Source of the DNA: Hydrolagus affinis
Taxonomy: Eukaryota
Length of the DNA stretch: 64,000 nucleotides
Assembly (NCBI GenBank): GCA_012026655.1
Contig: JAAILG010001257.1
Location: 1-64,000 of the forward strand
Direction of reading: 5' to 3'
The notes under the pieces are model-generated. The model made no database searches and was not told the DNA's origin. It saw only the letters and a program-made list of their open reading frames with translations. The number at the start of each line of letters is the position of its first letter. Position 1 is the stretch's first letter. This document shows positions 9,995 through 23,900 of this stretch, piece after piece. The position numbers were made by a program, and so were the translations under genes.

Positions 9995-11954
9995 CAAGTT
10001 TTTGAAACATGTGGTTTTCACTTCACTCCCAACAGATATCAAATGCACATTTAAATGGGTGTTCGGTGGGAGTTGCCTTAACAGCCTCTTCACTGAATTC
10101 ATCCGAGTCTTGTTTGTGTTTTGTTTCGGATTGCGCATTGAATAAAAGATGACTATTCACTAGGTAATAAATCCGAGCAATGTTAAATCTCCTACACTAA
10201 TGAACCAAATAGGTGGTAGCTCATTTGTGCAGTATGGGAGAGGCTGGAGGACATAACATGCAGCCTGCTCTCCAGGTCCTTCAATTAGAAAGCTCCGAGA
10301 CAGATTGACATTTTAGGTGTGTAAGGAATAAAACAACAATAGTTACAGAATTAGGTTTGGAAGGGAGGGAGAGAGAGAGAGCTCGAGAGTCTTTCAGTCC
10401 TTTCAATTCTCTCCGGCCAGGCACCAAGAGAAGATTCAAATAATCTAATGACATTAACAACTATTTTGTCATTTAATTTGTAGATAGTTGCAGCCTGTTC
10501 ATAAAGATCAATCCATTTTATTGGTCTAATGGATTTGGCTGGAGTTTTATGAAAGCTTTCTGTCAAATTGGCAACGCGGCGAAATCCCTAATTTTAAATA
10601 AAGAAGCACAAACAAAGGGCGGGCAGTGAAATGCTTTTTAATGAGCCTTGGATGAAGGGCAATCCCAAAACGGTCCAAAAACCTTTTAACATTTATTTAT
10701 TCCTCTCCCTTTCCATACTTGTCCCTCCCTCCTTTCTTAGGCTTACAAACATGTCCATGACTAATAATGTAATAATAATCAATAATGTTCTTTGATAACT
10801 TGACTGTGTGGGAAGGGTTCCGTCCCCGAACATATTTTCTTTTTGTCGCCAGATATGCGATCTAAGATCCTGTAAAGACACCCTCTACACAGGAAACCAA
10901 AGTTCAAATGTCAGTCAGGAATGGAATTTGAACTCTGGCTCCCAGTTGACAGCTCACTCTTTTCATGTTGTAAGCTGTGCATTTTTCAAGTGTTTAATTT
11001 GCACACAAAAAAATCAAAGACTTCACTGTTGAAAGACTTTTAAGGGTACTTTCAAAAGGTTCAAATGATATACCTTGCTTAGATTCAAGAATATGTGGAT
11101 TTTATAGGATAGGTTTCTTGAATGTAAATTAGATTCACTTTCCACCATCCTGGCAGTCGAATGCACTTGTCTTGTCCCAAACGATATACTGTATCCCACG
11201 GTATTATTTCCTATAATAAGTCTATCTAATTTGTTTTTGATGCTCACTGATGCTCTTTTAAATGCAAAAGCAATGTGGCGAACGCAATAATTGCAGCAAT
11301 TCGAAAACAAGCAGAGATACAGGTTTAACTTCCACCAGTTACCAAAAGGTACCATGCATTCAACAGTGTGCTAGTAGACAAGACCAGAAGGCTGCAGGTT
11401 CGAATCCAAGATCTCAGCCAGGGCAGCACATGCCCACGCTACAATTTGCTTTAACTCTGCTGCATTAGGGAGGGGAAAATCTGCCAAAATTGTCATCCTG
11501 AGATTTGAGCTTAAATGTGCGTGTGTGTATGTGGTGGAGCAGCGGTATAGCTAGGTAGTGCATGTTATCTGTGGGAATAACCCTCGTACTGTAAAACCCA
11601 ATGCTATAAAGACAGTGGGTTCATTACGAAAGCCAAATTACAGCATTGTACAGCAAGATGTGTTGGCATGTGGACACATTTTGCTTTAAACAATTGATTT
11701 TCTTACCTCCCTCAGAATTACCATTAACTGCTGCATAATGAATATCCAATATTTACATAGTGTTTGCGAATAACATCTCTTTAATAATTTAATTTCTATA
11801 CTTTTATTGCTCAAAATCAGTGTAATCTAAGTACAGTATATTACTCTGCCTTTGGTTCTGATGGAGTGGTAACACCAATTACAAACTAAGAAGGTAAACA
11901 CTAAGAGGCCATATTTTGAACTATAATGATAAAAAAATAATAAAATAATAACTG

Positions 11955-12058
11955 TTATAATAAGCCTTGCATTTGATATAGCACCTTATCATGTCTTCGA
12001 GACGACCCAATGCGCTTCAGTAAATGTACTGTAAAGTGTATTTTATGGGTGAAACAAT
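11955..12058 (-). mobile_element. 3' fragment of the young SINE, about 30 bp downstream of the exon donor
   Basis: AATAAGCCTTGCATTTGATATAGCACC...TACTGTAAAGTG tail motif. Confidence 0.75.
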
Positions 12059-12089
12059 AATGCACAGATTCACTCGCAGACTGTCTTAC

Positions 12090-12251
12090 CTGATCAGCCA
12101 TCAACTGTTGTTGGAGGAGATTCTGCTGCTTCTTCAGAAGTTGCTGCTTCAGAAAGGCATGCGATGGGTTTTTTATAAATCCGCTCCCAGAGTTTGAACT
12201 TGGGTTAGAGGATGGCTCTGGCAGCCTTGAAACCATACCAGGGTTATGCTC
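12090..12251 (-). CDS. MAMLD1: MAMLD1 internal exon (MAML exon 3 equivalent), 162 nt, EHNPGMVSRL...NLLQQQLMADQ
   Basis: Acceptor cccgctcttgtag|GAG, donor CAG|gtaaga, open frame in phase 0/0. SNPSSNSGSGF and LLQQQLMAD resemble recalled MAML2 exon 3 (SNPNTGSGY, LLQQQMLAD). Confidence 0.9.
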
Positions 12252-13866
12252 CTACAAGAGCGGGATGACAAAAAAACAACGCAACATGTAATTTTCCATA
12301 AACGCACATTCATTCTTGAATCAAATGATTTTCCTGTCATCCGGACCCTGCTGTTAAGTTTTCCATTGAGCTCCCATGACAAATAACATCTCAGGTATGG
12401 CAGTAAGTCGTACTGACCCGAAAGCATGTACGTACGCTTTCGCCCTCGGCCTTTGTTAATTCTAACTAGGATAGCAATTGAGGTGCTGCAATTAGCCTAA
12501 GTGGTGCTGGGCTCGGGCGGAAGAAAGAGCAGCCACTGATTGCCATCCAAGAGCATGCTTTCGGGCATTGAGGAGAGAGAGCAAGGTAAAATTTGATGGT
12601 CAAGTAGCCTGCCAACTCGCATAGCCTGAGCACCTTCATGGAAATTTTTTATTGAGGCCAAGGTACTGCGTCCAGCAAAGCTGTCAGCACCTTGAAGAGA
12701 GCAGGAGGAGGAGGGGGAGAAGGAGAGAGGTAAAGGGATGTCAGATTGAAGGAGAGAACTCTAATTGTGTTACTGCAACTCAAGCATCAACTCAGTACAC
12801 ACACACACATTCCCAGCATTTGTGACCAATGGTAACACTTGTCGGATGTGAATATATATATATATATTTATATATTATGTAAAAGTCTCGCTTGTCTGGA
12901 CAAATAAGGCATGGTGTGTCTCTCTGTTACATTGGGCATGGGCCAGTCAATCACACGTGAAAGTTAAGTAACTGCACTGGAACGTGAAACAAGGGGAAAA
13001 AAACACAAATGAAATCCAAGTTAGCTTAGATTGAGATCTTTGAGAGCTTCATTTATTTTACGGAGTTGAGTACATCACACAGTGAAGCTTAAGTAACTGA
13101 GCAAATAACATGGGGCTTACCACTATGAGGAACAAGGCACCACAATGAAATTCCAAAGAGCGACTCTTGTTTGGGGTTTCCAAAAATAACTTGCTATTTT
13201 TTGGTTGTTAAATTACACCAAAGTTAATCTGACATAAGTTTATCAAAGCTCTGGAGAGAGAGTGTGCTGTTTACAGTACACTGAGTGCATTGCCTGCTGC
13301 TGTTCTCTTGCAGCCATGCTTGCTCGGTTGTAAACTCTTAAAAAATAAATCAGCCATGTTACACACTACAGACATTAGCAGGAACCGTGAGGAAAGCTCA
13401 GCTCACTGTGTGTCCTGGCAAAAAATAATATAAAAACAGGAAGTGGCACTTGAGAGAACAGGAGGAATTGTTCCTGGATTCTGCGCTTTGTTTCAGTTCG
13501 AACGGAGCCTTCACGATACTGCCCAAGTCAAAATAGTCAAAGCATTTCATTTGCTCGCCCGAGACCAGATAGATTGAAGATTCAGCTCTTCATTTTGTAA
13601 TTGTTATGATGGCGAACGACTGGTTGCCGAAAACACTTGGATTTTATGCATAGTCAATCCACCCCAAAATATATATTGTGTGAAGAGCTTCGAGGCAGCT
13701 CAATGATGTGATAAGACATTATATCAAATACAAGAATTATTATTATTATACTCTAAACCTGCAACTTTAACAGCATGTAGGCAGGAGCAGGTTTTATTTT
13801 TACTGATCTGTACATCAGGTGCCCATGCCATGACATCATGTGAAGTGGCATGTGTGTGTGCGTGTT

Positions 13867-14115
13867 AATAATAATAATGATCCATGCATTTGATATAGCA
13901 CTTTTCATGTTTTCTAGATGTCTCAAAGTGCTTCACAGAATATACTGTCAAGTGAATTGACTGTATTGTATATTTGTGAACGAAATGGGATTATTATTAG
14001 GCATGTGGAGTAAGGAAACTTGCCCACGGTTTTTCGCCCTGACCTGCCTGGTTTCGAACACAGGTCTCAAGCTTGTAAGGTGAATGCTCTAACCACTGAG
14101 CTACAGGAGCTCCAC
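13867..14115 (-). mobile_element. Young tRNA-headed SINE with internal deletion
   Basis: Head with A/B boxes and tail present; central TTGGTCATT...GGCTGC block missing. Confidence 0.85.
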
Positions 14116-17100
14116 AATTGTACTGGATACCATAGCACGCAAGCTCTGGCTGGCCTGGGATACATTACGGACATGGGTGAGTCCCTGTTGCTTTTGGGTT
14201 CGGCCATTCAATCATATATAGCCACCAAAAAAAAATCCCAAGACCACATTGCACATCTGTTATTCACATGTGTTCAGCCATTGCTCACAGATTAAAACAT
14301 GGTTAAGCAACTACACTGGATAGTTAAATACAAATGTTGGGAGTTTATAGGATCTACCCTTACGCCAGGCATTGTGGAATAAGACTCCACATTACGCCAG
14401 ACACCTGAGGCAGGTCAGTCTGCATTATGTATTGGGTGCTGTTCGCTCATTGCTTTGACTGAAATTTAACAACAGGGAAAAAATTTTTTAAATGTTCAGT
14501 CAGCAACAAATCAATTTTCGCCATTTGTTCAAAGGAATAAATCTATCCCGAGGCAAATGGATTTTACGCAGCGAGCAAAAAAATAAAATAAATCGAGGCA
14601 GATGGTTTGCTAAATTCTTCTACTCCAGGATCAATGAACAGAATAAAAAATCTATATTCATCTGTTAGCAATTACAGAGCAGAGAACTGAGGCAGTATTT
14701 TGGTACTCCCCCTCCCCTTCCCTCAAAATAAACATTTTATGAAAAAAAAATCCAGGACTACTTTCTACAAAGTGAAGGAATATTCTGTGGTTTCTGTGCA
14801 TTTTGTAAAATGCGGCTTCAAAGTGTTCTGCCTGAGGCGTGTCCAGAGTTAATGTGTGTTTGGCTCCAGCTTGCATTTTAACCTTTCCCCAACTCTGTGT
14901 AAATTGCTATCCACACACCGATCATTTGCTCCTCATAGCCAGGGTAATTCTGCATGATTCAAAAATCGACTGTTTCTCCCCCAAAATACTTTTTGTTTTC
15001 AAAAACATAGCGTGTTTGTTTTTCACCCTCCGTCTTAGAAGTCGCAAGCACTTCCTGATGACAAATTCAATTACTTTGGAATGGTTCTTCTAAGATTTTG
15101 CTGTTATCCAGTAGCACGGTTGGAAAAAGACATCACTCCCAAGGTGTTGGAGACTACATTGGTCACATAAGTTGCAAGTCTAGTATCTATCTCTCTAAGC
15201 CCAAAGAATTCCACAATGTACTGCCTTCCTACAACAACAGCTTCATTTATATAGCGCCCTTCAGGCAGGCTAGGGTCTCAGAGTGCTTAATAGTGGTCCA
15301 ATTTAATGCAAGGCTGTGGAGGGAGGATGGGGAGGTCTTCAGGTGCAAGCTGAAGATGGGCAAGGAGGGGACATGGTGGAGCGATTGAAGCAAGAGTTCC
15401 AGAGTTGCAGCCTGGAAGGAAAGTACCACTATTTACAGCTTGCTGACTTTATTGAAAGAATAATAAAAAACCAAAAAACTCTAAGTAGTTTTTCATGTTC
15501 GATTGAGAGCTATTTTTGAATGCGCTAAGGAAAGCTGGCATTCCCAAAGACATTTAAACTAACACTGCAATAAAATACTGTGTATAAAAAAATTAAAATG
15601 CTGCCCACAGTTACCCCCCACACACATGCGCACGTACAACTAAGAATCTATCAAATTTATTGCCAAAAGATCGGGCAGTTCATTTCAAAACTTCCATTTC
15701 GCATTTGCGGAGCTAAATACCATAATTACACTGAAGGTATTTTCAACTCATTCAACCTCTACAGGCCCGGGTCCTGGCACCTTGTCAAATGGTGTCATTA
15801 CAGCAGCTGTGACAAGTGGAAATGGCTCCAGTGAAATGGTAAGAGAATACGTGGTGCAGTGAACGAGTTAAACGGCCTCACCACCAATAACAGCGGCCCC
15901 ACGCAGCTTGAATTATTAATCAGATAGATTTTTATATAGATTCGGTATCTGAACCATCATTAATCACCGTTCATTTGTTACTGTTGTGTTGCGAGATGGT
16001 GTGGCCGTATCCCCTTCAGCAAACAAGACTGCAGCTTAAAACCTACACAACACTTTGTGTGCTGTATATTTTTATTTCATCCATTTAAATACACACGCAC
16101 ACATACATACACACACATAAGCACACATACACACACACATGCATACAGACATAGGGCAGGTTCTTTATGGCTCCTAAAGATGTGGGTAAAATCTACGCGC
16201 AAATATTTCTCGTATGAAAGGAAATGGAGTTAGACTATCAAGCATCCTCCAGAGAGGTTACAGCCTTTTCCTTTGAAGCTGTCATGTTACATGTAATGAC
16301 CTCTGCTCATTGAAGTAAAAGTTATTTTTTAAAATATATTTTTGTTTTAAAAAATGTATTTGGAACAGTTTCAGTTCTTGTCCCTAGGGCACATTATTTT
16401 TTTTCTCTCGTGGATTTAGTATCTTAGACAAGTAAACTGGAATAATGAACCTTTGATGTCTGATCCCGGAGTTTGATTTACATCCAGCTCCACAGTAACT
16501 TAATCGGACATATTGCAGAAGGAATCGCTTTTATTTTAGTGTTAAATTTCTCAGGGGAAAAATATTGGAAAAGACAACACTGGTGGTGGGGGCAGTGGGG
16601 GGGAAGAGAAGAGAATCACAATTTGTGTTCCCTCTGCTGTCTTGAAGTTACCAGATTGCACCACTGGTGGGAGCTTTTGCCCTCTTTTAAAAGAAAAATA
16701 GCAAAATGTTCTTTAAAACAGTGCTGGACTGGGGGCAGTGTTTGGTTTGTGCAATGCATATTCTAGTCTAGTAGCTCGCCAAAGAGTCTTGATAGATGGA
16801 ATAGTTGTTGAATGAAATAATGTTCTTTTGTTGGAAACACCCCCAATTAACTTGCTCGCTACTGCAAGGCCAAGACAAGAACTCGACTTAAAAAGATTTG
16901 CCAATAAACCTGCTGGCCTTTCAACACAGAAAACAAATTGCACATAACCAGAGTCTTAACCACACAAAATAGTAGGATCATTTAAATATTGGCTGGAGTG
17001 CTTCGAGATATTGACAGCATTTAAAAAAAGCGCGATTTTGACTCTCCATTTATTTGAACGCTGATGTAAAATATGGTGGTGGTGGTGGAGGGTAAAGTGT

Positions 17101-17753
17101 GGAGTGAATTGAAATAATTAGCACATCAAATTTGTTATAAAACACCATAAATTTCACTTGTATGCATAATGGAGACTGATCACAGTACGGTTTACGTTGT
17201 AAATGATAATCCTTGCTGGTCCGCATTATACTTCGATAATCATTTGCTGATTCATTAATTGAATTTAGCTGTTGTCTGCAGCAGTGAATTAAATATATAT
17301 ATATAGAGAGAGAGAGAGAGAAAGAGAGACTAAATGGAAGTGTGAGATAGGAAAAGGATATTTTTTTTGCCGCTGTCTGATTCTTTCCTGCACCTCAACC
17401 AGTCCTGGCAATGCATTGTATTATTTACCACTGATGCACGTTTTCAAGTCCAATAAGCTTTATTGTTCATTGACAGTGATGTAATGCAGATTGCTGTAGC
17501 ACATGCTTTGTATTGATCGATAATGGCAGAAGGCAGGAGGCAGCAGCAGCCCCTGGACACTGCTGGGCAACTGTTGGAAAGCCTCTTTAGACAAAGAGCA
17601 GATTAGAACAAAGGGTGGAAATGGAAAGTAAGCGATTCAAAACAAAGAAATGTAAAAGAGAATTCAAATAATAAGTATTAAATGAGCAGGAACACAATAT
17701 AGGAGGGGGAAAAAAATACTGCGAGAGAAATGCTCCCTCTTAACGTTGTATTT

Positions 17754-17782
17754 ACACACACATACACACACACACACACACA
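17754..17782. repeat. (CA)n microsatellite
   Basis: Direct reading. Confidence 0.9.
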
Positions 17783-17797
17783 GGGAGAAAGCTAACA

Positions 17798-18102
17798 AGT
17801 CCTGTAGCTCAGTGGTTAGAGCAGTCGCCTTACAAGCGAGAGACCTGGGTTTGATTCCAGGCAGGACAAAACCTTGGGCAAGTGTCCTTTCTCCACACAC
17901 ATGCCTGATAATAATCCCTCGAGAAAAAAAGCAATAATAAATTGGTCATTTCATTGGGTACAGTGCTGTGCGCAATTGGCTGCCGAATTTCGCCCACAAA
18001 TATACAGTGAAATTCACTTTACAGTATATTCCGTGAAACACTTTAAGACGTCTAGAAAACGTGATAAGGCGCTTTATCAAATGCAAGGATTCTTATTGTT
18101 AT
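17798..18102 (+). mobile_element. Full-length young SINE (tRNA-Ala/Val-like head, Deu-like 3' part, (ATT)n tail)
   Basis: A box TAGCTCAGTGG, B box GGTTTGATTCC, GTGCGCAATTGGCTGCCG core, ATCAAATGCAAGGATT tail; at least 7 homologous copies in the window. Confidence 0.9.
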
Positions 18103-21100
18103 CATCTGAGGTTGGCTTCTGAAGCAGAGATTTATAGAAAAAACAACTTTCTTCAGAAGTTTTTAAAAAATATATAAAGTGAAATTACATTCTGAATGGA
18201 TATTGGTCAAGGATCAGGGGAGGTACACGGATAGACATTCTAAGACTCTCCCAGATGTGCTCATGATATCCCTTTAATGTCTACCTATTAATGCTTTAAA
18301 AAGAGTCAATATTGAGCTGTGAAAAAGCCCAGTGTAAAGGCAGGGGCAGTGGGGGGTAACTAAACAAGTAAAATGGGACGGCACAAAATCAATTTGCATG
18401 CCCAGCGTATAACGCTGACCTTAGGAGGGACCAGCTCCTGTGTGCATTCCATTCTGAAGTAGATTTACCAACATAACACCCTTCACATTGGTACAGACAT
18501 TCTGTCCATTGGTATCAACATGGTGTAAACAGCAAGTGTCTGCGAACGGCAGTGAAACGAGGTGTGGAAAAGGTAAGTCCTGAAACAATGTAAACGTTAA
18601 ACATTACAGACTGGCGCTCTCACAGTTACATCTACTGGAGTCAATGTGGGGCCAGAGCAAATGGGATAGTAGCCGTTACTGTGACCCGACTTAACCCTTT
18701 CCTCTCGAGCCAAAAGCAATAATGGTTTCAGATTCTGCCGACGAGCTCAACATAATTGTGGAGGAACACATTTTAAGGAAACAATGTGCCATTTTCAATG
18801 TCCATCATTGTTGTTCATTTATACGATGATTTCGCTGGGGTAAAAATATATATATATTTTTTAAATGATTCCTTTGCTTAGAATTTGAATGGGCAATCAT
18901 GGACATTTTTGACATATTAATAAGGTAGGTGGTTCCCAGCGAGGGTGGGAAAGCACTGATGATTGGGAGGAGGCAGCAGAGACTTGAGTAAGATTTTACG
19001 AGATAAAAACTCGTTCTATCAATAACCACAAAGAAAACCTACAGAGGTTACTTTACAAAGGTTATGCTCCTTTGCAAGAGTCGCTCCTGGGTTTTAATAT
19101 GTAGGACTGAAAATGATTGTATAGAGAGAGGGATAAGATATATGTAGAAAGGTAATCGGTCACCACACCAATATGGAGTTCTGGTTTGGTAATACTGCAC
19201 ATCTCCAAATGCAATTCCATAGCGGACTTGCTGTTTGTTTTCATATGCACCTCTTTTGAAGCGCCTACACACAAAGAATTATCAAGTCTCAAATTACTGT
19301 ACATGTCACAAGAGCCATCCTTCACAAAAAATGTTTCTTGATAGCAGTAACTGATCCGCCGGCATACTGTACGAACAAGCCCTTTTAAGTGCATTCTGCT
19401 CCTCTGTCCCTGTGGCGCTGATAAGTACACACTCAACAACAAAGCAAAGCCGCTCTTTGAAGGAAATCAATGACTCCTAAGCCACACCTGGCTGACAAGT
19501 TTATCGATAGGTTATAACAAAGCAGAGAGGAATATACTCCACACAGTCAGCTTGCTGCAATAGCCTGGAGAATGTAGCGGGGAGATGAGATCTTTGTACC
19601 ACAAAATATATTTGCTGACTGGCATAGGATTGACAGCTTCAACCATTAAGTAAATTACAATCCTTGATATGATTGCAGTGCATGCTTCTTCCAGATATGT
19701 CCTTTCTTTTGACAACATAGAGATTTTATACCACTTGTAACTAAATTATGACAATGATTGCTGGTGGTGGTGGTGGGGTGTTGGTGGGGGGGGGGGGGGC
19801 AAGTGTGGAAAGCCCCAGATTTCTGGATCACTAATCCAAGCAGCGCTTAAAATAGAATAAAGTTACAGAGTAGAGTGTCCGCGCCTTCACCTTTAACCTT
19901 GACGCAGCCCACTCACCACACCACCACTTTCTAATTTCATTCCATCTTTGAATGACAGCCGGTTCTTGTACACGCATTTGTTCTTTTAATTGTTTTGTTT
20001 GGGGGCTTGGTTGAGTGGCAAACAATTCCTTTAAGGACATTTTGAACTGCGGATCAGTCCAATCACTTATGTATCGAATGCTCTGCGATGAAAGTAGGAA
20101 CGTGGATGTTGAAATAAAAAGCAATGGTTCGTGAGGCTGCCTTTATACTGGCGTATCTGCCAAAAACTCTTGTATCTCCCTCACCACCCACCCTACCAGA
20201 AAGCACCCCATCACTGGAAGAGGTACAGAAACTCACGATCTAAGTATCTGCGTGCAACGCAACACACATGAAAATAAAGCAGGAGTTTATTTGGTCAAAT
20301 ATGTTGGGCAGCACACATACCCCCTTTAAAAGCTGAAAGTGAAAAAACGCCCGTAAGGACACAGCAGTGGCTTGGCTTCATTTGATATATGTCTGTTCTT
20401 CGATGGTCTATCAATCACTACTGTTTTAGGTGCATTTTAAAGAGCAAGGCAGAAATAGTCCCAGAGTTTCCAGTTAGCACTCGCAGATCATTCGGAGTCC
20501 ATCTGTGCCACGATAGTTCTGGTTGGGTTCAACAAATGTTTTCGCACTTTGGTGCCAAAAGAGCAACCTTAAACACCCGAGCAGGGGTGGAGGGTGCGGG
20601 GGGTGTGAGGGGGGGGGGGGAAAGCAAAGACACAAAGGACACCAGCCACTGTAATTAACCTTTCAGTTTTCCCTCCCGACATATCTTATTTAACTAAACC
20701 TCCTCACCCGGTCTTCAATTTTCTATATTCCTTTGACTTTATTGCTGTTCAGTGTTGTGATCAGAGGCCATCTGCAGCTTCACTTCATCAAGCTCCAGTT
20801 TGTCCTTGGAGCAAGGTCATTGCAGAGAAGAAAACAAAATGCTGCTTTGTCCATGACTGGCAAATCCCAACATGCCTCAGTTACAAACATATTTTTTCTA
20901 TTCTCCCCCCACCTCCACCCCTCCACCCACTACAACCTATACACCTATTTAGGTTATATCCTGCTTTGCCCATCAATGGATCTTTTCATTTAACTAGATT
21001 GGGTTAAAAAAAAAGATTACAACAATGCAATTGTATTTATCGCTGGACAAGCGAAAAATGTGAAAGCATTTTTTTTTGTATATTAAAAAAAAACTCAGGA

Positions 21101-21773
21101 ATCTTCTGTAGCTTCATGTGACTCGCAGAATATTAGCCATGGGTCAAAAAACAGGACCCACAATGGTTATTAGCATAGACTTTCAAGCACCTCAATATTC
21201 CATCATGCAGAAACTGCAAACTATGCACAATTTTCTTTTTTTTTAAAATACAGCTGCACTATGGATCATCCACATTCAGCAAGTAATGTTTTACTATGCA
21301 GTCTATTTATAAGAATACTAGGAACTGGAGAGAGAGAGAGAAAAAAAAGATTTATCGATCAAATTGTTCTACAAAATTCAGACAGCGTTCTATCCCGGAA
21401 GGATGGCCGTGTCAATGATATTTAACAAGAACTTAAATTTAACAATATCAGGGTTAATGATGAACACCTTTTGTTTCTCAGTGAAGGGAAAAGAATCAGA
21501 CTGAACGTTAATCGATTTCAGACAATCAGAGATACATAAAAGAGCATTTGTGAGCAACTCCTATTGAGTTAAAAACCCAGGAAACTTCGCAATGGGTCAG
21601 AAGACGCAAAAAGGTCAGTGGTGTCTGTATCTTTGATTTAATAGGTCTGAAGAACAAAAAACAGTCAAAAGGACAGAATACGGATATTTTATTTAAGAAC
21701 AGTGCAAGAATTGCACAACTATTTTTGACTGGAAATGGGCCAGTTTTTAAAAAAAATAAAAACGGAATAGATT

Positions 21774-22080
21774 GTGGAGTCCTGTACGTCAGTTGTTATA
21801 GCACTCTCCTTGCAAGTGAGAGACCTGGGTTCGATTCCAGGTAGGATAAAGCCTTGGGTAAGTTTCTTTATTCCACACTCCTGACAATAATCGCTCATGA
21901 TAAAATACAATAATAAATTGGTCATTTCAATCCACGACTGTTTGTGGAACACTGCTGTGCACAATTGGCTGCCGCGATTCGCCCACAAATGTAGTCAATT
22001 CACTTTACAGTATATTCTGTGAAGCACTTTGAGACATCTAGAAACTATATCAAATGCAAGGATTATTATTATTTATTATA
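21774..22080 (+). mobile_element. Full-length young tRNA-headed SINE
   Basis: Same head, core and tail as 17798-18102. Confidence 0.9.
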
Positions 22081-22734
22081 GATAAGAGTTTGCAGTGTTA
22101 TTATTCATCAATCACATTCCTTTCCAGGATCTGAATGCTTAAATAATTGGAGTTTGTTAATTGTCCCTGTTTACTTCTTTAAATGCTATAAAATATTTCT
22201 TAAGTTTGAGATTTTGTATTTAAAAGCCAATTACCAGTTACCGCCTCAGCATTCAGCCACACAAAGCAAGTGGTTTGATGACACCTTGTCTACCCTTCAA
22301 ATCAAAACATTTGCAGCCTCCACTAAAGCCACAGCATCCACACGACATTGTATTGATGGTTCAAGGGCTCGGGATTAAAAGCAAGGCTTTTTATATGAAA
22401 ATAAAAACAAATGTTAAAAATATTTCAAGCTACAAAGAAAATGTTTTTTTTAAACAGCACAAAGCTGTAACTACACGTTCCGTCATTTAGCAGTGGCACT
22501 GACCTCTGCTTTTCTGCCTCGAGTCACTGCCAATAACAGAGGCAGCAACTGGGGTGAGGAATGAACGTCAGCACTTTTAGGAGACAAAAAATGCATGAGT
22601 ACAGAGTTCAATCTCTGGGACATTTTTTATATGAAAAAAAGAGCTCTGAAAGCAATGCAATTGTCACAATATATGACATGAAATACAGGAAAAAGTTTTT
22701 TCCCTTCTCCCTCCCCATGAAAGGCACTAATTCA

Positions 22735-22754
22735 TGTGTGTGTGTGTGAGTATA

Positions 22755-22789
<35 letters not shown>

Positions 22790-22806
22790 TATATATACAC
22801 ACACAT
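22735..22806. repeat. Compound (TG)n/(TA)n/(CA)n microsatellite
   Basis: Direct reading. Confidence 0.9.
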
Positions 22807-23669
22807 ATAATCTGTGTGTGTATATGTGGTGGAGAGGGGGGAGCAGAAGAACAATACAGATGAATTATACCCTTGAATGATTTGAAGTTGCCTTCTCTCT
22901 CTCTCTCCCTCTGTGCAAAATTCCAACACGTACCAGTCGTGCCACTAAATAGCGGTTTGCAACACAGAAGTTAATTCCTTCTAATGAGAGAACAGGGAAC
23001 ATGTGCCACCAAATGTGCGCGTGTGGGGGAGTGGGGGGGTGGGGGAAAGATCTCATCCTCGCAGAGCATGGTAAAATAATACTGAATGAACTACCACAAG
23101 CAAAACCAAAGACATCGGTGGGAAAAGTGGTTTCAATTAGTTTTTCACGATTCGGCGTAGATAAATTAAACCAACGCAGCAGCACTGCAAATTTAAATAG
23201 GTTATTGTCAAGATGGATTTTCAAGTAGTGCATACTGAAGATTTGTTCCTGCGTGCAAGAAAAAATTAAATTAAATTTCAGCCTACAGAAATGTTGGTGG
23301 AAAGATTGCAGCAGACTTCAGTCAAACACTCTATTCAATCCCGGTGAAGAAACAGTAGACTTTCCACACAGCATTTTCTAGCCTGCAAACCGGCACTCAT
23401 TCTGTGTGTTACATCCAGCCTCCTGAAGATTCCCTTTAATTGGGAGAGCGAGAGATGGAAGAAAGAGCAAAGCACGTATTGGTCTCTATATTGTGATTTG
23501 CAGAACAATCCATGCCAAGCCCCTATGAAATCCCACTCAATTAGTGGTTTGGGGAGAGCAAGACAGAAGGCGGTTTGGGTTAACTTAGAGCAGAGCATCA
23601 AAACCTTCCTGTTTAAAGGGATCAGGACTCTCTTTGGGAAATTGTATGTGCAAAACCTACAAACTCAGA

Positions 23670-23900
23670 CTCATCTGTTTAACAAGGTCTGGCATCGCCC
23701 ACTTCTAAAGAAGGGTCGGGCCACTCTATGGTCTTCGTTGTTCCATCTCCCCACATTTACGTCAACCACTTTTCTCACCACTCGCTGTAAGTGTGCTTTG
23801 GTTAATCCTCCGACTTTTTCCGTGAACTCAAAGCTCCCCAAGGGTCCAGTTCTTACTCTCATTTTGTTCCTTCTCCGTATCAGCTTTGATTCCACTCCTC
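23670..23900 (+). mobile_element. Decayed CR1/L2-clade reverse transcriptase fragment
   Basis: Translation FNKVWHRPLLKK ... LPKGPVLTLILFLL resembles the RT motifs AFDKVWH..LL.KL and GVPQGSVLGP.LFLL at plausible spacing. Confidence 0.65.

Noticed and set aside
17798-17870. tRNA genes at the SINE heads
   Set aside because: Stems are broken, anticodons vary between copies, and each head runs into the same SINE body and tail.
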